In this document: piece by piece, positions 63,106 to 64,000 of the stretch
How positions within the stretch are numbered: the first letter of the stretch is position 1
Layout of the letters: each line of letters opens with the position of its first letter
NCBI GenBank assembly: GCA_964252035.1
Contig: OZ176204.1
Direction: 5' to 3' (one strand)
Length of the DNA: 64,000 nt
From: Podarcis erhardii
Taxonomy: Eukaryota
The notes under the pieces: model-generated
Seen by the model: only the letters and a program-made list of their open reading frames with translations
The model's database searches: none
What the model was told of the DNA's origin: nothing
Made by a program: the position numbers and the translations under genes

Positions 63106-63462
63106 GGGATGTGGGTGGCACTGTGGGTTAAACCACAGAGCCTAGGGCTTGCCGATCAGAAGGTCGGCAGTTGGAATCCCTGCGATGGAGTGAGCTCCCA
63201 TTGCTCAGTCCCTGCTCCTGCCAACCTAGCAGTTTGAAAGCACGTCAAAGTGCAAGTAGATAAATAGGTACCACTCCAGCGGGAAGGTAAATGGCGTTTC
63301 CGTGCGGTGCTCTGGTTCCCCAGAAGCGACTTAGTCATGCTGGCCACATGACCCGGAAGCTGTACGCCGGTTCCCTCGGCCAATAAAGTGAGATGAGCGC
63401 CGCAACCCCAGAGTCGGTCACAGACGGACCTAATGGTCAGGGGTCCCTTTACTTTTACCTTT
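63106..63462 (+). mobile_element. Sauria SINE, full length
   Basis: GGGATGTGGGTGGCACTGTGGGTTAAACC...GGTCCCTTTACTTTTACC; 12-bp TSD TACCACTAACAT at 63094-63105 and 63463-63474. Confidence 0.93.
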
Positions 63463-64000
63463 TACCACTAACATAGGGACCAGGGGGTCAAGAGAGACGG
63501 GTGGTGCCAATGAAGAGCTCTACTCTGATCCTTTCACCTAGCTGCAATATGTTTTTGCCAACTGGAAAGCCCACCACTAGCAGTTGCCCTGAATGGAATG
63601 AGGATTTTCTATAGGAATAAGGTGATGCTCTTGCACACACCCCTCCACTGCAATCTTCTTATATTCTTGCTGTTTGCATTTCTTGTGCTTCTTGGAACAC
63701 CCGTTTTACAAGATCATTTCAGGGAGTGTCATGTGGTGGGGGTGTTTGCATTTTCCGGGAACAGCTTGATCTCACAATAAAGTTAGAAAGCACTTTTGCT
63801 AGGTCTGAGCTTTCTAAGTTCTGTCTCTTGCTGTTTGCATGATACATCTGTTGAAGTTTGTTTGTCAGCTTTACGGAACCTTATCAAGCTCAGACTTTTA
63901 CTGTAAAGAGCTGTTTAAAAAACCCATCTGTTGTTAATCATAAATTACTTTATGTGATCTCTGTATTTCTCAACGCAGCTCATATGTCTTGTATTAAGCT

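Noticed and set aside
49000-64000. Short ORFs upstream of IGSF10 as exons of a further gene
   Set aside because: None shows recognisable homology or a consistent splice chain; most overlap repeats or low-complexity sequence.

Overview
Vertebrate genomic window from a squamate reptile, most likely a lacertid lizard (Sauria SINEs, Bov-B, CR1, L2 and many small DNA transposons). Two protein-coding genes converge tail-to-tail, as at human 3q25.1. On the + strand are the last eight coding exons of MED12L (966-23837; Q-rich C-terminus ending ...YGHPSNF*). On the - strand is the complete six-exon coding sequence of IGSF10 (45175-29412; 7914 nt, 2637 aa; LRR plus Ig domains), with a CpG-island promoter and candidate upstream exon at about 47.7-48.3 kb. 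The region 49-64 kb has no recognisable gene. The most unusual observations are: (1) a 1.85-kb retroelement with a 16-bp TSD and L1-style ends that lacks reverse transcriptase but carries its own roughly 205-codon ORF; (2) a MED12L exon with no GT donor, apparently dependent on a GC donor; (3) a candidate IGSF10 upstream exon that supplies both an in-frame N-terminal extension and a strong-context micro-uORF; and (4) several TA-flanked MITE families sharing a CAGTGGTACC-type TIR core, one with a nested-palindrome interior. Gene and repeat-family names come from recalled homology, not database searches.
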